Origin: Candidatus Spongiisociaceae bacterium
Lineage (GTDB): Bacteria; Actinomycetota; Acidimicrobiia; Spongiisociales; Spongiisociaceae
Length of the DNA: 64,000 nt
Assembly: GCA_965262915.1 (NCBI GenBank)
Contig: OZ253564.1
Span: forward strand, 4,064,001-4,128,000
Direction: 5' to 3'
Below are positions 58,485 to 64,000 of the stretch, piece by piece. Each line of letters begins with the position of its first letter. The first letter of the stretch is position 1. Under the pieces are notes generated by a model. The model saw nothing but the letters and a program-made list of their open reading frames with translations. It was not told the DNA's origin and ran no database searches. A program made the position numbers and the translations under genes.

Positions 58485-58592
58485 TCCAGCTATCGTCATT
58501 GTTCAGCATTCTCCGGCGGTCCGCCGGAAGTGCCCGGTCAACCCGCCACGGACGGCCGCTGCCTCGCAGACGGACCGTTATATCCTGGCCGG

Positions 58593-59648
58593 ATGGCGCC
58601 CCTCCTCGGCCTCGTCGAGCTACGCATACCTCTGCGCCGCCCGCTCTCCAACGCCCGTGGAGCGGTCACCGAGCGGCGGATCGTGCTGATCGCCGTAACA
58701 GAAGCCGGTGTGACGGGCTGGGGTGAAGCGGCGCCGTACCCCGGGGTCACCGCCGAGGACGCCGACGATGTGTGGAAGGCTCTCCGGGCGCGGCCCGAAT
58801 CGGCCCCGGGGGGAGACCCGTCGGCCCTTCCCGCCGCCGCGGCCGCGGGCCTCGATCAGGCCCGGGCGGACCTGGCGGCCCGGAGGGAAGGCACACCCCT
58901 CTGGTCCCTGGTAGGTGGCGACGCGCGGCCGGTCCGGGCCTGCGAGGCGGTCGGGCTGGAAGGCTCCCGCGCGGGAACCGTGAACCGCGTTGAGCGAGCC
59001 GTCGAAGCGGGAATACGGGAGGTGAAGGTCAAGATCGAACCAGGGCGCGATCTCGAGTACCTGCGGGCGGTCCGCGACCGGTTCCCCCGGCTCATGGTGG
59101 CGGCAGACGCCAACGGCAGCTACGAAGCGGATGACCGGTTCTTCGAGGAAGTGGACGGTCTGGGGCTCGCCTACCTGGAACAGCCCCTACCGGCCCACGA
59201 TCTGGACGGTCATGCCGAGCTCCGGGACCGGCTGGCGACACCGGTCTGCCTCGACGAGTCCGCCGCCACGCCCGCCGGCGCCCTCGACGTCATAGAACGG
59301 GGGGCAGCCGACATCGTGAGCGTGAAACCCGGCCTGTTGGGTGTCACCGGGTCCCGGCACGTGATGGAGCAGGCCCGGGCGGCGGGCGTGACGGTGAAGA
59401 TAGGGGGCTTGGTGGAGACCTCGGTGGGACGCGCCCACGCTCTGGCTCTCGCGACGCGGCGGGAGGTGAAGTTCACCGATCTGGTCCCACCACGCCGGTT
59501 GCTGGCCGGGGACGTGTCGCCACACCCTTGGGAACTCACCGACGGATACTTCCACCCACCGGATAGCCCCGGAACCGGTATCAGCGTGGACCCGTTCGGA
59601 GCCGGCGCCGCCGGATACGTGACACGTCACGAGTTGTTCGAATCCTGA
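58593..59648 (+). CDS. menC: o-Succinylbenzoate synthase / N-acylamino acid racemase (enolase superfamily)
   Basis: GWGE, KVK, DAN, EQP, LDES, VKPG, GGLVETSVG; -10 TATCCT before ATG. Confidence 0.8.
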   Translation: MAPLLGLVELRIPLRRPLSNARGAVTERRIVLIAVTEAGVTGWGEAAPYPGVTAEDADDVWKALRARPESAPGGDPSALPAAAAAGLDQARADLAARREGTPLWSLVGGDARPVRACEAVGLEGSRAGTVNRVERAVEAGIREVKVKIEPGRDLEYLRAVRDRFPRLMVAADANGSYEADDRFFEEVDGLGLAYLEQPLPAHDLDGHAELRDRLATPVCLDESAATPAGALDVIERGAADIVSVKPGLLGVTGSRHVMEQARAAGVTVKIGGLVETSVGRAHALALATRREVKFTDLVPPRRLLAGDVSPHPWELTDGYFHPPDSPGTGISVDPFGAGAAGYVTRHELFES

Positions 59649-59659
59649 GGAGGGAGCTA

Positions 59660-59851
59660 GGAGGGTGGTGAAAAACCCCATCACGGCCCGTCGCCCGATG
59701 ACATAGTGCCTGTTCAGAGGAAGACGGGCCGTTGCTCCCCACCGTTTTAGACCACCCTCCTAACAAACGGGTGAATGGTTGGCCCGTCGGCCGCTGACGT
59801 GGCATTTTGTCATCGACTGTCGGGACCACGGGGCGTTTCTCAGCACCCTCC
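59660..59851. repeat. Two family B copies in inverted arrangement (59660-59760 and 59764-59851) between convergent genes
   Basis: CTAG-GAGGGTG...CACCCTC-CTAA followed by an oppositely oriented copy ending TCAGCACCCTCC that contains the folD stop codon. Confidence 0.75.
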
Positions 59852-60721
59852 TGTTACTCGCCGGGCGCCGAATCGATGCTCGGCGGCGGTGACGGTGTTG
59901 TGCATCAGCATGGCGACGGTCATGGGTCCCACCCCACCGGGTACCGGGGTGATGGCGCCGGCGACTCCCGCCACGGCGGCGAAGTCCACATCACCCACCA
60001 GGGAACCCGACCCGGTTCGGTTGATCCCCACATCTATCACCACCGCTCCGGGTCGGACGTGATCGGAGCCGATCATCTCGGGCCTTCCCACCGCCACCAC
60101 CAGGATGTCGGCCCGGCGGGTCACCTCGGGCAGGGACCGGGTCCGGGAGTGGGCGATGGTGACCGTGGCGTCGGCGCCCCTGGCCGCCATGAGCAGCGCC
60201 AGCGGCCGCCCCACGAGAAAGGAGCGTCCCACCACAACCACGTTCGCTCCCCGCACCTCGATTCCGTAGTGTTCGAGGATCCGCATGCACCCGCTGGGGG
60301 TACACGGCACCAGGACCGGGCGGTCGAGGACGATCATGCCCAGGTTGGTGGGATGAAGGCCGTCCACGTCCTTGGTGGGATGGATCTCCCGGGTGGCCGA
60401 CTGGTCGTCCAAGCCGGCCGGTAGGGGGAGCTGTACCAGGATGCCGTCGATGGCCGGATCGTCGTTGAGTTCCCTGACCAGGTCGACCACCTCGTGCTGG
60501 ACCACGTCCGCGGCCAACTGGTGATGGACCGAACGGATCCCCACCTCGGCTGCCCGCCTCCGCTTGGAACGCACGTAGGTGGAGGAGGCCGGGTCGTTGC
60601 CGACCAGGACGGTCGCCAGTGTAACTTCTTTCCCCCGCGCCCCGAGCGCTGCCACGCGCTCGCGCGTCTCGTCGAGCACCGCGCCTGCGACGATCTTGCC
60701 GCCGAGAAGGGTTGCTGCCAT
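59840..60721 (-). CDS. folD: Methylenetetrahydrofolate dehydrogenase/cyclohydrolase
   Basis: YVRSK, GILVQLPLP, KDVDG, PCTP, GRS..VGRP, TPVPGGVGPMT. Confidence 0.96.
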   Translation of the reverse strand: MAATLLGGKIVAGAVLDETRERVAALGARGKEVTLATVLVGNDPASSTYVRSKRRRAAEVGIRSVHHQLAADVVQHEVVDLVRELNDDPAIDGILVQLPLPAGLDDQSATREIHPTKDVDGLHPTNLGMIVLDRPVLVPCTPSGCMRILEHYGIEVRGANVVVVGRSFLVGRPLALLMAARGADATVTIAHSRTRSLPEVTRRADILVVAVGRPEMIGSDHVRPGAVVIDVGINRTGSGSLVGDVDFAAVAGVAGAITPVPGGVGPMTVAMLMHNTVTAAEHRFGARRVTGGC

Positions 60722-60797
60722 CTCTTCTCCTATCGGTCCGGACCGTAGCGTCGAACTCCCGCCAAAGGCGAGCGCCATCTAAGCACACCGACCACCG

Positions 60798-62336
60798 CTA
60801 GTGACGGAACTGCCGCTCGCCCGTGAACACCATGGACACTCCCAGACGGTCGGCTGCCGCGATGACGGCCTCGTCGTTGAACGACCCACCGGGCTGGATC
60901 ACCAGCGCGACCCCCGCCGCCGCGGCCGTCTCGATCCCATCGGGGAAGGGGAAGAAGCCGTCGGACGCGCAGGCGCCCCCCTTCGCCCGACCCGCGGCCT
61001 TGGCGGTCGCTATCTCGACGGCGCCCACCCGATCCTGCTGGCCGGCACCGATGCCCCAGGCTGCTCCGTCCCTGGCCATCACTGCCGCGTTCGACGAGAC
61101 GAACCCGCATACCCTCCACGCAAAGGCCCCGTCCTCTTCCTCGCGGGCGCTCGGCCGGCGCCGCGTGACTACCCGCCATCCGTCCCGACCGGTCGTGAAC
61201 CCGGCAGGAGCCTGTACCAGCCACCCTCCGTCGATCTGGCGGACACTCCGCGCCGGGGAGTCGGGGACCGGCGACTGCAGGATACGGGTGTTGGCTCGCC
61301 GGGCGCGGATCCTATCCACGACCCCCTCGTCGAATCCGGGAGCGATCACCACATCCGCCTGCGGCGCGCTCTCCATCCGGGTCACGGTACCGGCGTCCAC
61401 GACCCGGTTGAGCGCCACCACCCCACCGAATGCGGCCCTCTCATCGCAGTCGATGGCTCTCCGGTAGGTGTCGGAGAGATCCCGACCCACGGCGGCGCCG
61501 CACGGACCGGCGTGCTTGATCACCGCAGCAGCGGGTCGATCACCGAGATCGTGTACCAGAGCCCAGGCGGTACCGGCGTCGAGCAGGTTGAGGTAACTGA
61601 GCGGCATCCCGCCCAGCTGGATGGTGCGGTCCCACCAGTCCGTTCCGTCGCTGCGGCGGTAGCGGGCTCCCGGCTGATGGGGGTTCTCGCCGTAGCGCAG
61701 CACCTCGGCGCGCAGGAGGGTCACATGCAGGGTCGGAGGTAGCAGGGGTGGCGCGTCCCCGGCGGAGTCGAACCAGCTGACGATGGCCCCGTCGTAGGCC
61801 GCGGTGTGGGCGAATGCGGCCCGGGCGAGTTCGCGTCGGGTAGGACCGGACAGCTCGCCGGCGTCACACAGTTCCTCCAGTACCCGGTCGTAATCATCCG
61901 GATCCACCACCACGCCGACGTGGGCGTGGTTCTTGGCCGCGGCCCGCAGGAGGGTCGGACCGCCTATGTCGATCATCTCGAGACCCGGCTCCGACCCGAA
62001 CGGGTAGAGGTTGACCACCACCAGGTCGATGGGATCGATGCCGTAGCGCTCCAGTTCGGCCGCGTGCTCGGGATCCGACCGGTCGGCCAGGATGCCCCCG
62101 TGGATCTTCGGGTGGAGGGTGACGACCCGGTGTCCCAGCATGGGCGGGCTGCCGGTGTGGTCGGCCACGTCGGTGACCGCCAGCCCCGCCTCGTCCAGCA
62201 CCCGCGCGGTACCGCCGCTGCTCAGCAACTCCCAGCCGAGGTCGGCCAAGCCGGCCGCCAGTTCGACCACCCCGGTCTTGTCGAACACCGACAGCAGAGC
62301 CCTACGGGTCACAGCCGGCACCTGCCGATCGGGCAA
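60798..62336 (-). CDS. purH: AICAR transformylase / IMP cyclohydrolase
   Basis: [46 protein letters not shown]. Confidence 0.96.
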   Translation of the reverse strand: MPDRQVPAVTRRALLSVFDKTGVVELAAGLADLGWELLSSGGTARVLDEAGLAVTDVADHTGSPPMLGHRVVTLHPKIHGGILADRSDPEHAAELERYGIDPIDLVVVNLYPFGSEPGLEMIDIGGPTLLRAAAKNHAHVGVVVDPDDYDRVLEELCDAGELSGPTRRELARAAFAHTAAYDGAIVSWFDSAGDAPPLLPPTLHVTLLRAEVLRYGENPHQPGARYRRSDGTDWWDRTIQLGGMPLSYLNLLDAGTAWALVHDLGDRPAAAVIKHAGPCGAAVGRDLSDTYRRAIDCDERAAFGGVVALNRVVDAGTVTRMESAPQADVVIAPGFDEGVVDRIRARRANTRILQSPVPDSPARSVRQIDGGWLVQAPAGFTTGRDGWRVVTRRRPSAREEEDGAFAWRVCGFVSSNAAVMARDGAAWGIGAGQQDRVGAVEIATAKAAGRAKGGACASDGFFPFPDGIETAAAAGVALVIQPGGSFNDEAVIAAADRLGVSMVFTGERQFRH

Positions 62337-62357
62337 CGTCGCTGTTCCGCAGGCATG

Positions 62358-63242
62358 TCAGAGGTCTGCCACGACCTCCACCATCAGCTCACCGGCTTCG
62401 CTGGGGTTGGCCCCGACCCTGACCCCGGCAGCCCGGAGCGCTTCGATCTTGGCCGCGGCCGTTCCCTTGCCGCCGGAGACGATGGCCCCCGCATGACCCA
62501 TCTTCTTGCCGGGAGGGGCGGTGATCCCGGCTACGTAGGCCACCACCGGCTTGCTCATATGGTGGGCGATGTAGTCGGCGGCTTCCTCCTCGGCCGATCC
62601 ACCGATCTCGCCGATCATCATGACCGCTCCCGTCTCCGGGTCGTTCTCGAAGGCGGCCAGGCAATCGGTGAACGAGGTTCCGGGGACGGGATCGCCGCCG
62701 ATCCCGACGCAGGTCGTTACACCGATGCCGTTCTGTCTCAGTTCGTACAGGGCCTGGTAGGTCAGGGTTCCGGAACGGCTCACGATGCCCACCGGACCGC
62801 CCGGGAGGGCAATGTCGCCGGCGGTGATGCCCACGTTGGCTCGGCCCGGGCTGATGATCCCCGGACAGTTGGGACCGATCATCCGAACCCGCGCGTGGTC
62901 GCGCAGGAGCTTGTTGGTTAGCCAGGCCTCGTCCTTGGCCGGCACCCCCTCGGTGATGACCACCACCAGCCCCACCCCGCCCTGCGCCGCCTCCACGACG
63001 GCGTTCTTCACGAAGGGAGCCGGGATGAAGACGCAGGAGACATCGGCGCCGGTCGCCTCGACGGCATCCGCCACGGTGGCGAAGATGGGAACCCCCTCCA
63101 CGTCCCAGCCGGCCTTGGAAGGGTTGGTGCCCGCCACGACGTTGGTGCCGTAGTCACGGTTCCGCAGTCCGTGGAAACGCCCCTGGCGCCCGGTGAGTCC
63201 CTGGTAGACGACCCGGCTGTGCTCGTCCAGCCAGATGCTCAT
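62358..63242 (-). CDS. sucD: Succinyl-CoA synthetase alpha subunit
   Basis: QGLTG, GPNCPG, SRSGTLTY, GIGGD, MGHAGA. Confidence 0.96.
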   Translation of the reverse strand: MSIWLDEHSRVVYQGLTGRQGRFHGLRNRDYGTNVVAGTNPSKAGWDVEGVPIFATVADAVEATGADVSCVFIPAPFVKNAVVEAAQGGVGLVVVITEGVPAKDEAWLTNKLLRDHARVRMIGPNCPGIISPGRANVGITAGDIALPGGPVGIVSRSGTLTYQALYELRQNGIGVTTCVGIGGDPVPGTSFTDCLAAFENDPETGAVMMIGEIGGSAEEEAADYIAHHMSKPVVAYVAGITAPPGKKMGHAGAIVSGGKGTAAAKIEALRAAGVRVGANPSEAGELMVEVVADL

Positions 63243-64000
63243 GATCCGCTCCCAGCCAGCTCCACCGCCTTCGCGGCGCCCTCCGGCATCGAATCCGACA
63301 TCATCAGCATCTCCGAGAGGTGGGGTTCGATCATGGCCCGGCCCTCGATGGCGTTGGTACCGTCCAGACGCACGACGATGGGCGACCGCATCGCCACCCT
63401 CCCCAGCGCGTCGAGGATGCCTTGGGCCACCACCTCGCCCTTGACTATGCCCCCGAATATGTTGATGAAGATCGCCCTCACCGCCGGGTCGTTGTTGATC
63501 ACCTCGAGCGCGCCCGCCATGGTGTCGACATCCGCTCCCCCTCCTATGTCGAGGAAGTTGGCAGCGGCACCGCCTGCCTGGGCTACCACATCGACGGTAC
63601 TCATCGCCAGGCCGGCCCCGTTGGCGATCACCCCGACCGTCCCATCGAGACCCACGTACTGGAGTCCGCGGGCGTGGGCGGCGGTCTCCCGCTCGTCTCT
63701 CAGCTGCGTGGCGTCGTACTCCTGGTAATCGGGGTGCCGGAAACGGGAGTTGCCGTCCAGGGTGACTTTGGCATCGAGAGCCCGTACGCCGCCCTCGGCA
63801 GTCAGGATCAAGGGATTGATCTCCACCAGGTCGGCGTCACCCTCGACGAAGGCGTCGTACAGCTTGAGCAGCACGCCGACCAGTTCATCGGCGGCGGTCT
63901 CATCCAGCCGGGCGGCCCCGACCCACATCCGGGCGTCCGATTCGTCCAGACCCTCGACCGGGTCGATCCGGATCTTGGCGATGGCGTCCGGATCGGAATC
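63239..64000 (-). CDS. sucC: Succinyl-CoA synthetase beta subunit, C-terminal part (gene starts beyond window)
   Basis: EINPL, LDAK, NGAGLAMST, ANFLDIGGG, NIFGGI, VRLDGTN. Confidence 0.95.
   Translation of the reverse strand, partial: DSDPDAIAKIRIDPVEGLDESDARMWVGAARLDETAADELVGVLLKLYDAFVEGDADLVEINPLILTAEGGVRALDAKVTLDGNSRFRHPDYQEYDATQLRDERETAAHARGLQYVGLDGTVGVIANGAGLAMSTVDVVAQAGGAAANFLDIGGGADVDTMAGALEVINNDPAVRAIFINIFGGIVKGEVVAQGILDALGRVAMRSPIVVRLDGTNAIEGRAMIEPHLSEMLMMSDSMPEGAAKAVELAGSGS

Noticed and set aside
60722-60797. Folate or ZTP riboswitch before folD
   Set aside because: Small hairpins exist (CTCGCC-TTT-GGCGGG, GGTCCGGACC) but I cannot match THF, THF-II or pfl consensus; an Rfam scan would settle it

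Overview
High-GC actinobacterial chromosomal window. WhiB, UPF0182, the sucC-sucD-purH-folD order, Cys-containing SLH-like proteins and many leaderless promoters suggest class Acidimicrobiia (inference). The first ~37 kb is accessory/catabolic: two xanthine/CO-dehydrogenase-family molybdenum hydroxylase operons (neither with the CODH motif), one followed by three tandem CDA-type deaminase domains and one co-transcribed with dihydropyrimidinase, a carbamoylase-like nitrilase and an SDR; four toxin-antitoxin/abortive-infection modules (TacAT, AbiE-like, an atypical pair, VapBC); a decayed integrase-bearing island; a frameshifted SLH-HNH nuclease-Excalibur gene; and a lipoprotein with four copies of a 62-aa two-Cys repeat plus a DUF4352-like tip. 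The last ~27 kb is mostly core: UPF0182, a DivIVA-domain/MuF-like gene split by a complete IS1380 (13-bp IRs, CTCAG duplication) and preceded by two perfect DnaA boxes, PDZ-Lon, bioY, moaE, htrA, tatA, whiB, sdhCAB, HU, mdh, icd, menC-like, folD, purH, sucD, partial sucC. Two MITE-like intergenic repeat families (one with five copies) and heptamer tandem repeats are present. No CRISPR array, rRNA or tRNA was seen. All family assignments come from motif recognition, not database searches.
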